DNA of 39,943 nt, taken from assembly GCA_045046925.1 (NCBI GenBank), contig JASFYV010000223.1, positions 1-39,943 of the forward strand, in the 5' to 3' direction. Below are positions 19,830 to 29,886 of this stretch, piece after piece; the first letter of the stretch is position 1; every line of letters begins with the position of its first letter. The DNA comes from Candidatus Marithrix sp. Lineage in GTDB: Bacteria > Pseudomonadota > Gammaproteobacteria > Beggiatoales > Beggiatoaceae. The notes below the pieces were generated by a model that was not told the origin of the DNA, did no database searches, and saw nothing but the letters and a program-made list of their open reading frames with translations. The position numbers and the translations under genes were made by a program.

Positions 19830-22148
19830 TTAATTATTTGTGTTTAGTATGTCAGTAAGCTTAGTTATAGTTTCTTGAGCAGCAGCAAATTCAAAATTAT
19901 CAACTTGTTTCTCTAAATTATAATAAAAACTTTGTAAGTCTTTACCTAAATTATGTTGAATATCTGGAAGTAAATCAGTAGCTTGAAAATTACCATTTTT
20001 TAATAAGATTGTCAATTTAGCTAATAGTTTTAATAAAATATTAGTATTCGTTTTAGTAAATTTAAGATGGTCTATATTTATATCCGCTAAAACTTGCATG
20101 GTTGCTATTATATTGTCGGAAAATTGAGTTAGTAATTCTGGAGTAATTTTTCGTTCTGACCTAAGCATTAACTCCATATTTTTTGCGGTTTTATATATGT
20201 TTTCAATTCCTAAGTTACCTGCTGCACCACTGATAGTATGCACTAAATATATAACTTTTTCAAGTCTATTTTGTTGAATAGCATGATTAATTTCTTTTGT
20301 AATATCTTGATAATTATTATAAAAATCTCGTAACAGTCGCTGATAAAGTTGTTGATTACCACATAGCCTTTTTAAACCAGCTATAGTATTAATTCCTATC
20401 AATTTATTAGTATCTATATTTACATCAGTTGTAACAGTAGTACAATTTTTAGTAATTGTTCCAGCTACCCATTTTTCTAAAACGGTAAATAATAAATTAT
20501 CATCAATAGGTTTACTAATATAATCATTCATACCAGCAGCTAGACATTTTTCCCGATCACCCCTCATAGCATTGGCAGTCATAGCGATAATGGGAATTTT
20601 AGCATAAAATTCTCTAATCAATTTAGTAGCCTCATAACCATCCATTTCTGGCATTTGAATATCCATTAATATGGCATCAAAGTTATTATTTTTAACCATT
20701 TTTACTGCTTCTTTACCATTATTTGCAATACTAACAAATACTCCTTCTGCTTCTATCATTTCTTGAACAATTTGTTGATTAATTAAATTATCTTCTACTA
20801 ATAAAATTTGAATACCATTTAGATTTTGAATTGAGGTAGTAATAATATTGGTAGGGAAATTGGTTGGTTCAGTTTGCATATCAAACCAAGCGGTAAAATT
20901 GAAAGTGCTACCTTTATTTAATATAGAATTTACCCATATATCGCCTTGCATCATTGTTGTGAGTTGTTTACAAATCGTTAATCCTAAACCAGTTCCACCA
21001 AACTCACGAGTAGTAGAACCATTAGCTTGAGTAAAAGCATCAAATAAAACTGGAATAGTTTGAGCAGGAATACCAACTCCAGTATCTTGGATTGCAAAAT
21101 GTAATTTAATTCGTTCTTGTTCAGTCTGGATCAATTTAATACTTAGAGTAATAACTCCTTTAATAGTAAATTTAACTGCATTATTAATCAGGTTAATCAA
21201 AATTTGCTTGAGTCTTAGAGAATCACCAACTATATAATTTGGTACTTCTTCATCTAATTGTAAAAAAAATTCTAAATCTTTACTTTCAATTTTAGTACTC
21301 AATAAATCAGAAATTTCCTGTAATATAGTATGGAGAGAAAAAGATACTGTTTCTAGTTCTAATTTACCAGCTTCAACTTTAGAAAAATCCAGTATATCAT
21401 TGATAATATCAAGTAAATTTTGAGAAGAAGATTTTATTTTTAATAAATAGTCTTGTTGTTTGGAATCTAGTTCTGTTTTTAAAGCTAATCTGGTTAAACC
21501 GATAATAGCATTCATTGGAGTACGAATTTCATGACTCATATTGGCTACAAATTCACTTTTGGCATAATTTGCAGTTTCCGCTACCTCTTTGGATTGTTGT
21601 AATTCGGATTCTATTAATTTACGTTCAGCTATTTCATAACTTAATTGTTTATTTTTTGTTTCCAATTCCCTAGTTCTTGCGATTACTTTTTGTTCTAGTG
21701 AGGCATTCAATGTTTCAATTTCAGTTTGATGTTTCTGAATTAATTTATCATTGCTAAACAATTCAATTGCTTCATTAATTATTAAGAATAATTGCTCTCT
21801 GTCCCAAGGTTTAGCGATATATCGATGTAAATTACCTCTATTGATGGTATATTTCATTTCTTCATTACCAACATGGCCTGATAATAAAATAGTTAAAGTA
21901 GTTGGAGATTTAATATGCAATTGTCGCATAACCTCATCTCCCTTCATACCAGGCATTAAATAATCAACTATTGCTATCGGTACTTCTATTTGTTCTCCAA
22001 GTAATTCCTCCAATAATTCTAATGCTTCTTCTCCACTTTCAGCAGTTTCAATATCATAACAATCACCCAATCTTTGCTGTAATTGTTCTGTCAGAGCTTC
22101 TAAGACAATGCTTTCATCATCTATACATAAAATAACCGAATTATTCAT
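19830..22148 (-). CDS. Hybrid histidine kinase REC-HisKA-HATPase-REC-HPt, cytoplasmic
   Basis: N-terminal REC (CIDD, IVDYLMP, IAKPW), H-box [29 protein letters not shown], second REC (LVED, LMDIQMP, ISKP) and HPt [11 protein letters not shown]. Confidence 0.94.
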   Translation of the reverse strand: MNNSVILCIDDESIVLEALTEQLQQRLGDCYDIETAESGEEALELLEELLGEQIEVPIAIVDYLMPGMKGDEVMRQLHIKSPTTLTILLSGHVGNEEMKYTINRGNLHRYIAKPWDREQLFLIINEAIELFSNDKLIQKHQTEIETLNASLEQKVIARTRELETKNKQLSYEIAERKLIESELQQSKEVAETANYAKSEFVANMSHEIRTPMNAIIGLTRLALKTELDSKQQDYLLKIKSSSQNLLDIINDILDFSKVEAGKLELETVSFSLHTILQEISDLLSTKIESKDLEFFLQLDEEVPNYIVGDSLRLKQILINLINNAVKFTIKGVITLSIKLIQTEQERIKLHFAIQDTGVGIPAQTIPVLFDAFTQANGSTTREFGGTGLGLTICKQLTTMMQGDIWVNSILNKGSTFNFTAWFDMQTEPTNFPTNIITTSIQNLNGIQILLVEDNLINQQIVQEMIEAEGVFVSIANNGKEAVKMVKNNNFDAILMDIQMPEMDGYEATKLIREFYAKIPIIAMTANAMRGDREKCLAAGMNDYISKPIDDNLLFTVLEKWVAGTITKNCTTVTTDVNIDTNKLIGINTIAGLKRLCGNQQLYQRLLRDFYNNYQDITKEINHAIQQNRLEKVIYLVHTISGAAGNLGIENIYKTAKNMELMLRSERKITPELLTQFSDNIIATMQVLADINIDHLKFTKTNTNILLKLLAKLTILLKNGNFQATDLLPDIQHNLGKDLQSFYYNLEKQVDNFEFAAAQETITKLTDILNTNN

Positions 22149-22540
22149 AACTTTTGTAGGCCAGTTTTAATAGTTTGTATTAACTCATCTTCTACCCAAG
22201 GTTTAAACATACAAGCATGCAAACTAGCTAATTTTTTGGCTCGCTTAATTGCTTCATCGTCAGCTTGGCCAGTTAACATAACTTTAACAATATCAGGATA
22301 TTTAGCATGAACTTTGATTAAAAATTCATCTCCTTTCATACCTGGCATTAACCAATCAGAAACAATTATTAATACATCAACATTATCGTCCACTAATTCT
22401 TCAATAACTTCAAAACCTTCTTCAGCAGTTTCGGCTGTTTCATACATATACTCTCCGCCTAATCTTTTTTCCAATTGTTCGACCAAACTTTCTAATACGA
22501 TTGTTTCGTCATCTACACATAAAATAGCTTTGTTTGTCAT
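22145..22540 (-). CDS. Single-domain response regulator
   Basis: [25 protein letters not shown] overlap with the hybrid kinase. SD GAGA upstream. Confidence 0.93.
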   Translation of the reverse strand: MTNKAILCVDDETIVLESLVEQLEKRLGGEYMYETAETAEEGFEVIEELVDDNVDVLIIVSDWLMPGMKGDEFLIKVHAKYPDIVKVMLTGQADDEAIKRAKKLASLHACMFKPWVEDELIQTIKTGLQKL

Positions 22541-22641
22541 AATATTCTCTCAAATTAATAGTTTCATTTATTATATAATTTATTGGTAGGTTTACAAGGT
22601 TATTACATTTGCTACTAAGTATAATTCATTCATAAATACAT

Positions 22642-22970
22642 TTAGTATAACGACAAAACGCTTCGAATTTGGAGTTGGATTTCAATATCAGGATATCTAG
22701 TAAAATATTCTACTAATAATATTTCTGCGAAACCTTTTGTGCCTTGTTTATTAGCTGTTACTAAATAAAGCAAAACTACCGACCATTAAAATAACCGCCT
22801 GTTTTCTTGTCAAATACTTTGTGTGTTGCAAAAATTCGCTTAGTTGCTTTGGCTCGTTGCCTATCATCAGTATGTCGAGTATTAGATATCTTTCCTAAGA
22901 TATATAAGGATGCAGAATGAATTGCATAAATCGTGTATCGTGACTTGAAAGATGTAATTCGTAAACTCAT
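22642..22970 (-). pseudogene. Possible decayed gene in three overlapping frames
   Basis: More GC-rich than other spacers here. Protein-like stretches in successive frames: SASLYILGKI, NEPKQLSEFLQHTKYLTRKQAVILM, LVTANKQGTKGFAEILLVEYFTRYPDIEIQLQIRSVL. No family recognised. Confidence 0.3.
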
Positions 22971-23090
22971 TACATCCTACATGGAGTATGTAATTAACCA
23001 TATATATATTCTAGTAGCCAAACACCCCTAGTTCTCCTTCTAAGTGGGGAGGTTAGTAATCTGTCTGCGTAACATCAGTTTGTAAATAAT

Positions 23091-23909
23091 TTAATCTAAT
23101 ACTGCTGTTGTTTGCATTGTTAATTTTATTTTGCTATTTGTAATCAGTAAATCTTTATCTCCATATTTTTCAGGAGGTTTACCAACATTTCCAATGATTG
23201 TATCATTTTCCAAAGTTAGCCGATATTCATTAAAAGTTCCCCAAGAACTACTAGCATGTTTAGATTCACCAATTTTTTGCCCACGTTTTAAACGCATTAA
23301 ATGGCGAATTGCCTTTATTTCTGGGATAACTTCAGGTTCTTGTCCATCTTGTTTGGAAGCATTTCTTTCATTAATTTCAGCAATTTTTTGTTTGTATTCA
23401 TTAACATTAATCCAATCTAAATCACCTTCTTGATCTTCATTAATCTGGTATTGGCTATTAATATTACCTATTAATTTAGCATGTAAAAAATTAGATGGTT
23501 CTGGTTCATCAAAAATATAAGTATAATGAATAACTTCAGCTCCAATAAAACCAGCCTGTACTATATTTATCTGTAATTCAGTTTCATACACATTATTAGC
23601 TGTTGTATATTCTCCTTTCCACTTCTTATTACGCAGACTTTGTTGGGCTAATTCAACGTTAAACTTATCTTGAACTTCTTCGGCATCTAACAATCTGAAA
23701 GCTGTATCAGTTGGATTAAATTCCACAGATAATATCCAATTCAATGTGTCGACTCCAAAATCAGTTTGGTTAGTAGTTTGGATTCCTGCAATATTCAGTA
23801 CTAAATGTGTATCTGTATTATTTAAATAGGCTTTAGAAAAATCCACCTCAGAAGCCTGACTAACAACAAGTACCCCACATAAACTTATCAAACCAATAAA
23901 ATATTTCAT
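23091..23909 (-). CDS. Hypothetical exported protein
   Basis: 272-aa ORF, signal peptide ending SQA, SD AAGG upstream, beta-rich sequence, no recognised family. Confidence 0.8.
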   Translation of the reverse strand: MKYFIGLISLCGVLVVSQASEVDFSKAYLNNTDTHLVLNIAGIQTTNQTDFGVDTLNWILSVEFNPTDTAFRLLDAEEVQDKFNVELAQQSLRNKKWKGEYTTANNVYETELQINIVQAGFIGAEVIHYTYIFDEPEPSNFLHAKLIGNINSQYQINEDQEGDLDWINVNEYKQKIAEINERNASKQDGQEPEVIPEIKAIRHLMRLKRGQKIGESKHASSSWGTFNEYRLTLENDTIIGNVGKPPEKYGDKDLLITNSKIKLTMQTTAVLD

Positions 23910-24141
23910 AAATTACCTTTAATATAAATAGTTGAATTATTAAGCAAGCATAGAGCCAATTATAGCATTTTTAAATTTTTTAGACTACAGTTAGTATTGA
24001 ACAAATAATTGATTTTGAACTTAATTAATAATTAGCCATGATAGAATTAAGAATTGCCATAATTTCCCCAAAGTATTGTATACTATATCATTAAGAGGGT
24101 AAATTAGAACCTAATATCAATCGTAAGCATAGGAAAATAAA

Positions 24142-25035
24142 ATGTCTAGTAAAAAAATTTTGCTAATCGCTCCCACTGGTCAAGTTGGTTGGGAACTACA
24201 TCGTTGTGTGCAACCGCTTGGTCAAGTATTAGCTGTTGGGAGAAATAAAGCACAGACTTTTATTGATTTGGCTGATCCAGATTCGATTCGTAGTGTTATC
24301 CGTGAGATTAAACCCGACATTATTTTAAATGCTGCAGCATATACAGAGGTTGATAAAGCTGAGAAGGAATCTGAATTAGCATATACTATTAATGGAACTG
24401 CTCCCAGTATTTTGGCTGAAGAAAGTTTACGACTACAATCATTGTTAGTACATTATTCCACTGATTATGTTTTTGATGGTACTAATGATAAACCATATAC
24501 CGAAACTGATCCAGTTAATCCAATGGGAGTTTATGGAGCCAGCAAGTTAGCAGGAGAACAGGCAATTATAGCTATTGGTGGCAAGTACCTAATTTTACGT
24601 ACTGCTTGGGTATATGGATTACGAGGTAGCAATTTTTTATTAACTATGCAAAGACTTGCTAAAGAACGAAAAGAACTTAAAGTAGTTGCAGATCAAATTG
24701 GTTCTCCGACTTGGAGTCGAATTATTGCGACGGCTACCGCTCATATTTTAGCTCAACTAAATTCACCATTGTATCCAATTGATATTAAAGAATTATCTGG
24801 TATTTATAATTTGACTTGTAATGGTCAAACTAACTGGTATGAATTTGCCAAAAGTATTATTGCTCAATATGAGAATCAACCTAATATTTTACCAATTCCA
24901 ACAGCAGATTATCCAGCACCAGCCAAACGTCCAATGTATTCCGTATTATCCAATGAAAAAATTACTAAAACTTTTGGCATAGAATTACCTGACTGGGATA
25001 AATGTTTAAAATTATGTTTAGTCTCTAGTAATTGA
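24142..25035 (+). CDS. rfbD: dTDP-4-dehydrorhamnose reductase
   Basis: APTGQVG, NAAAYTEVDKAE, STDYVFDG, YGASK, LRTAWVY, DQIGSPT, PAKRP. SD AGGA upstream. Confidence 0.96.
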   Translation: MSSKKILLIAPTGQVGWELHRCVQPLGQVLAVGRNKAQTFIDLADPDSIRSVIREIKPDIILNAAAYTEVDKAEKESELAYTINGTAPSILAEESLRLQSLLVHYSTDYVFDGTNDKPYTETDPVNPMGVYGASKLAGEQAIIAIGGKYLILRTAWVYGLRGSNFLLTMQRLAKERKELKVVADQIGSPTWSRIIATATAHILAQLNSPLYPIDIKELSGIYNLTCNGQTNWYEFAKSIIAQYENQPNILPIPTADYPAPAKRPMYSVLSNEKITKTFGIELPDWDKCLKLCLVSSN

Positions 25036-25090
25036 CACCTTGTAAAACAAACAAAATTTATAATTATAAAAATCATCCAACTCAGGAAAA

Positions 25091-25137
25091 TTTAACAAAA
25101 CGTTAAATCTTATCTAATCATTTAACAATCTGTTAAA
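25091..25137. promoter_or_regulatory. Pair of TTTAAC-N5-GTTAAA dyad sites
   Basis: TTTAACAAAACGTTAAA (25091-25107) and TTTAACAATCTGTTAAA (25121-25137), 30 bp apart, followed by TTGACA at 25143-25148. Confidence 0.55.
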
Positions 25138-25201
25138 CCTTCTTGACATCTTTCTAAAATAATTTAATATTACCCTGTAGTATTTTCAATATCTTTCCGT
25201 C

Positions 25202-25239
25202 ATTTTCCAGAATTTGGATTATTTTCCAGATTTTGGATT
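25202..25239. repeat. 19-bp tandem direct repeat, each unit containing a TCCA-N5-TGGA dyad
   Basis: ATTTTCCAGAATTTGGATT followed by ATTTTCCAGATTTTGGATT (1 mismatch). Confidence 0.7.
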
Positions 25240-25492
25240 TTTTTTAGAATTCTTAATGAAAATATCTATTTAATCAATTAATAACGCACATCTTGTAGTT
25301 TATCACTTCCACTCTGATCATAAATTAGTCAATTCAAAACCGAATTCATATATCTGTAAGTTTTTATTAAATCTAAAAACTTGGCAAATCTAAATATATT
25401 TTTCTGATTGTAACTAGTAAATTATTTAATCTGTTAGCAATTCATTCATCCTATTCTGAATATTTATAATATAAACAATATAATACCTTAGA

Positions 25493-25509
25493 TTGGCATG
25501 TATATAGCA
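25493..25509 (+). promoter_or_regulatory. Putative sigma-54 (-24/-12) promoter
   Basis: TTGGCATGTATATAGCA: GG (25495-96) and GC (25507-08) are separated by exactly 10 nt, close to consensus TGGCACG-N4-TTGCW. About 230 bp upstream of the ATG at 25742. Confidence 0.55.
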
Positions 25510-25741
25510 GAGTGTATTAACATTAGGTTTTCATAAATTAGTTAAATTTCACCAATAATTTCGACCATTTTTAATAAAGGTTTAATTATATTACTAATAT
25601 TTATAAGTATATAAAAAACTTAATTAAAAGACCATCAGAATTATTGTTTTATTAAAAATTAAGGAAATTCCTTATAATAAATTTACAGAACTTTGTCTAT
25701 ACTTATGAAATAATGTTATTAATAATTTTCTGAGGTATTAT

Positions 25742-28700
25742 ATGAAAAATTTACAGCCCAATGAGGCTATTAAATATCCAGTGAAGAAGGCTCGATCTGT
25801 CTTAGCTGGTTCGATAAAAAATATATTATACGCTTCTGCTTTAGCAGCTAGTTTAAGTTCTGGAGTACAAGCTGCGGTTAATATTTATTCCGATCCATTA
25901 TTATGTCCAACATCACTAGTGTGTGGGACTGCATTAGAAGCTGGGCCTACAGCTGGAGATTTAGAAATTGTTTTAGATGTTGCTTCTGCTGCTGGTACAG
26001 AAATAACTTATGAAGTGACCGGAAATGCTACTTTAACTACTGACTATACTATAACAGGAGCAGCTCCTTGTGTAGTAAATCTAGCAACAAACTGTTTTCT
26101 AGTTGCAGCAACGACCACTAGTACTTTACTTACAGTTACACCTGTTGATGATGTAGCTTTAGAAGGAAATGAAACAGTAACTGTTACACTTTTAGGTGCA
26201 CTTGATGGTGTTACTAATATTCCAATTAGTACTACCAACGATTCGGCCACTTTAAATATTGTGGATAATGATATAGCTAGTGCCACTCAACCACTGGTAG
26301 GAATTACAGCTACTATAACGCCAGCGGCAGAACCTGGTACTGCTGGCCAATTTACCATTACAGCATCTCCAGCTCCAATAGCTGATATAACAGTGAATTA
26401 TACTGTTTCTATTGCTAGTACAGCAGAAGCTGGAGCGGACTATGTAGCATTAGCAGGTAGTGTTACATTAACTAATGCTGTATCCATGAAAACGATTGAT
26501 ATACAAGTTATTGATGATATATTGGTTGAACCTACTGAAACCATAATTGTTGAACTTGATTCCAATGCAGCTTATCGATTAGGTTCATCTATTTCAGCTA
26601 CGGTTGAAATTACTAATGATGATATACCAGTTGGACAACAGACCCATTTGTTTACTATAGATGATGATGGTGAAATGGTTCAAATTAATGCAGATAACCA
26701 AATTTCTCCACCAAATCCGGCAACTCAATGTGTTAGTTTTGGAATAACTACCGGTGGAACCGAGATTATACAATCATTCAAAGTTGGTTCAACAACTGAT
26801 GCCACTAGTCCAGATAGTATTTCTTCAATTTTCTTTCAGCCAAATCCAGACAATGTATTTAGGCGTACTCGTTCATTAGACCTTGATAATTTATGGGGTC
26901 TAGGTTATGAGCAAGACCCAGATATTGGTATTTTTGACGCTACTTTTAGTCCACCAGTTAGTTCTGTAGATAAAGTAACCACTTACAATCGTACTTTGGA
27001 AGTATGGGCTGCTAACGATACTTATGCTAAACCGATAGAAATTCCAATTAATGCTTTCTTAGTGCCAAATAATTTACCTGCAATTCAAGCCTTTAATGGT
27101 TCTACTAGCAATGCAGCTATGATTACTAACGGTACATCTATGGCTATTGACATGGGTACAACTGTAGTAGGAAGTACTCTTACTAAGACCTTTACGGTTA
27201 AGAATAGTGGTTATGCAGAATTACGCTTACAACCAACCACAGTAGCATTTTTAACTGGAACTGGTAATGGATTTAGTGCCGGGCCTTATGTCACTCCAAA
27301 TATTGGTGCTCCATTCCCAACTCCAACAACTAGTGGTTGTCCATCAACCTTAACCCATGAAGAAACTACTTTTACGGTTACTTTGAGTGCAAGTGAAGCT
27401 GGTGAATACCAAGGTACATTGTCTATAGTTGGTACTTCTCCAACTGGTGTACAACTCAGTCCTTATACTTTCCCAGTTAAAGGTATTGTTGAACCACCTC
27501 CACCAGTCTTACCAGAAATTGATGTTTGGGATGGTGACACTGAAATAAAACATGAAGCTCTTGAACCAATTGATTTTGGAAATACTACAATTGGAAGTCC
27601 AATTTCAAGAACCTTAACTTTTAAAAATCCAAGTAGTGCTACCCTGAGTATCTATGATATTAATACTCCTGAAGGTTTAAAAGTTACCAGTACTGCTCTT
27701 AACTTTACGGTAAATCCTAAGAGTGAATTAAGTGTAACTATAGATTTAGAAGCTACTGTAGCTGGGACTTATGAAGGACCTTTAACCATCGCTAGTAATG
27801 ATGCTGATAACAATGATGGTGATGGAGTTGAAAATCCATACACTATATTTGTACGAGGCGTAGTTTCTGCTGATGCTGCAAGTATTGCTACTCTAGCTTT
27901 AACCGCACCAACCAACGGTAATATTACCAGTAATATAGGTGGAATAAACTGTGGTAGTGCCGGAACTAATTGTGAAGCTGGTTATAACAAAGGTGATTCA
28001 GTAACCTTATTTGCAGTATCTGATAGTACCGCAACATTTACTAGTTGGGGTGGTGATTGCACAGGTTCAAATAATCCATTGCTTATAAACTTAGATGCAG
28101 ATAAAAATTGTACAGCAACTTTTAGTGGTGGAACTGTAACAGACCCAATAACTGATCCTGTGATTGACCCGATAACCGATCCTGTAACAGGAAATGTAGA
28201 TTTAATTATTACAAGTCCGATTGATGGAAAAATTACCAGTCAACCTGAAGGTATTGATTGTGGAATTGGTGCAACAACTTGCCAAAATAGTTATGCTCCA
28301 AATAGTGCTATTTTATTAACTGCAACTGCTGACTCTAATGCTAACTTTATTAGCTGGGGTGGTGATTGTTCTGGAAATACAAGTCCTTTACCTATTACAA
28401 TAGATGTTGCTAAAAATTGTACAGCTATTTTTGAAAAAGTAATTGATTCTCCAGAAATTCAAGTATTTGATGGTGCAACTGAAATAACAGATGGTGCAAC
28501 AACAGCTATTGACATTGGTACAACTAACATTGGTCAACCAATTACCAAAACTTTCACAATTAAAAATTCTGGTAAAGCAACTCTGGATTTATATGGTTAC
28601 AGACTACCTAACGGTTTTTATGTTAGCAGTATTTACCCTAGAGATTTAGCAGTTGATGGTCAATTTACTTTTGATGTACAACTTAATACTTTTGCTGCTG

Positions 28701-29875
28701 GTAATTTCAACGGCCCAATTGAATTATATAGTACCGATTCTGATGAAAATCCATTTGACTTTACAATCACTGGTACAGTTAATTCTATTGCAGGAACTGT
28801 AACTGATCCTGTAACTGGAACTGTAACTGTAACTGATCCTGTAACTGGGATTGTAACTAAAACTGTAACTGATCCTGTAACTGGAACTGTAACTATAACT
28901 GTAACTGATCCTGTAACTATTCCTGGAACTGGTACAGTAGTAGGTGCTGAAATTCAAGTTTTGGACGGCCAGTTAGATATAATCTCTGGTACTAACGTTT
29001 CGACTGATTTTGGTACAACTGCACTTGGTAGTCATATGACTAAAACGTTTACGGTAAAAAATGTAGGTACTGCTAATTTAACCTTAAATAGTCCGGTTAC
29101 TTTAACTGGAAACGGATTTAATATAACCTCTTTTGTAACCCCAACCGAACTAGTATCTGGAACATCAACTAACTTCGATGTAACTTTAGATGCTACCAAT
29201 GCTGGCAACTTTATTGGTACATTATCTTTTGGCAATACCGATGCTGATGAAAGTGCTTTTAACTTCCCAATCAGTGGCATAGTTAGTGAAGAATTGAAAG
29301 AAGAAATCAATTGTTTCGGAACTGGTCTGCTAAGCGGTGGAGTGTGTACAGTATCCCAACCATTCTCAACTGTTAGTGCTACTGGTGGAACAACCGATTC
29401 AGTAATGAAAGGTGGTTTATCACTGTATCAAAATGGTAAATTCGGTGCTTTTACTCAAACTGTTACCATAAATAGATTTGATTCTGTCTTAACTTCTGGT
29501 GTTATTAAAACAGATACTAATCACGTTGGTAAAAAAGCTGATATTATGGTCATCGGTTATCATGTTGACAGCAACTATCCTAGAGGTTATCAGTGGTATC
29601 AGTTAGCAAGTTGCACTACTTGTCCATTAGGTTGGAAAGTTGGTAATGTAGAAAGCGATGAAACAACGGCTATACCTTTATTAACTAAAGTTAATTTATC
29701 ACCATTAAAAACTATTGACAAGATGCCAGAGTATCTTACTGTAGATATGTTCTCAGGAGTATTTGGAATACTTGGTCAATTGGATATGTATTTAGCTTAT
29801 CGAGTTGAAGAAGGTACTGAAAAAGGTAAAGTTATTGTAACTTCTCCTGGTATTAGCATCATGTTGACAGAGTAA
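25742..29875 (+). CDS. Large exported surface/adhesin-like protein: 2 Calx-beta-like domains, several choice-of-anchor-D/ASH-type Ig domains, 2 divergent InlB B-repeat-like domains, TDP linkers and a conserved C-terminal domain
   Basis: SD GAGG and long signal peptide ending VQA. DDVALEGNETV..IVDND and DDILVEPTET..ITNDD (Calx-beta). Repeated (D/F)GTT..G...KTFT.KN.G. Two G.I.S...GI.CG...C...F.SWGGDC.G...KNCTA.F units. Confidence 0.88.
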   Translation: MKNLQPNEAIKYPVKKARSVLAGSIKNILYASALAASLSSGVQAAVNIYSDPLLCPTSLVCGTALEAGPTAGDLEIVLDVASAAGTEITYEVTGNATLTTDYTITGAAPCVVNLATNCFLVAATTTSTLLTVTPVDDVALEGNETVTVTLLGALDGVTNIPISTTNDSATLNIVDNDIASATQPLVGITATITPAAEPGTAGQFTITASPAPIADITVNYTVSIASTAEAGADYVALAGSVTLTNAVSMKTIDIQVIDDILVEPTETIIVELDSNAAYRLGSSISATVEITNDDIPVGQQTHLFTIDDDGEMVQINADNQISPPNPATQCVSFGITTGGTEIIQSFKVGSTTDATSPDSISSIFFQPNPDNVFRRTRSLDLDNLWGLGYEQDPDIGIFDATFSPPVSSVDKVTTYNRTLEVWAANDTYAKPIEIPINAFLVPNNLPAIQAFNGSTSNAAMITNGTSMAIDMGTTVVGSTLTKTFTVKNSGYAELRLQPTTVAFLTGTGNGFSAGPYVTPNIGAPFPTPTTSGCPSTLTHEETTFTVTLSASEAGEYQGTLSIVGTSPTGVQLSPYTFPVKGIVEPPPPVLPEIDVWDGDTEIKHEALEPIDFGNTTIGSPISRTLTFKNPSSATLSIYDINTPEGLKVTSTALNFTVNPKSELSVTIDLEATVAGTYEGPLTIASNDADNNDGDGVENPYTIFVRGVVSADAASIATLALTAPTNGNITSNIGGINCGSAGTNCEAGYNKGDSVTLFAVSDSTATFTSWGGDCTGSNNPLLINLDADKNCTATFSGGTVTDPITDPVIDPITDPVTGNVDLIITSPIDGKITSQPEGIDCGIGATTCQNSYAPNSAILLTATADSNANFISWGGDCSGNTSPLPITIDVAKNCTAIFEKVIDSPEIQVFDGATEITDGATTAIDIGTTNIGQPITKTFTIKNSGKATLDLYGYRLPNGFYVSSIYPRDLAVDGQFTFDVQLNTFAAGNFNGPIELYSTDSDENPFDFTITGTVNSIAGTVTDPVTGTVTVTDPVTGIVTKTVTDPVTGTVTITVTDPVTIPGTGTVVGAEIQVLDGQLDIISGTNVSTDFGTTALGSHMTKTFTVKNVGTANLTLNSPVTLTGNGFNITSFVTPTELVSGTSTNFDVTLDATNAGNFIGTLSFGNTDADESAFNFPISGIVSEELKEEINCFGTGLLSGGVCTVSQPFSTVSATGGTTDSVMKGGLSLYQNGKFGAFTQTVTINRFDSVLTSGVIKTDTNHVGKKADIMVIGYHVDSNYPRGYQWYQLASCTTCPLGWKVGNVESDETTAIPLLTKVNLSPLKTIDKMPEYLTVDMFSGVFGILGQLDMYLAYRVEEGTEKGKVIVTSPGISIMLTE
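28795..28918 (+). repeat. In-frame degenerate GTAACT hexamer array encoding (TV)nTDPVTG repeats
   Basis: Four ACTGTAACTGATCCTGTAACT units separated by variable numbers of hexamers. A related TDPI/TDPV tract lies near 28135-28190. Confidence 0.85.
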
Positions 29876-29886
29876 TTGAAGTTCAA

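Noticed and set aside
25036-25741. Riboswitch (e.g. c-di-GMP) in the long leader of the surface-protein gene
   Set aside because: No recognisable aptamer consensus or GC-rich stems by eye; an Rfam scan would be needed to exclude it fully.
26861-26878. Basic RRTRS stretch in the first surface protein as a processing site
   Set aside because: Single occurrence, absent from the paralog, and no supporting evidence.
28724-28957. Ser/Tyr-rich repetitive 77-aa ORF on the minus strand
   Set aside because: It is the antisense reading of the GTAACT hexamer array.
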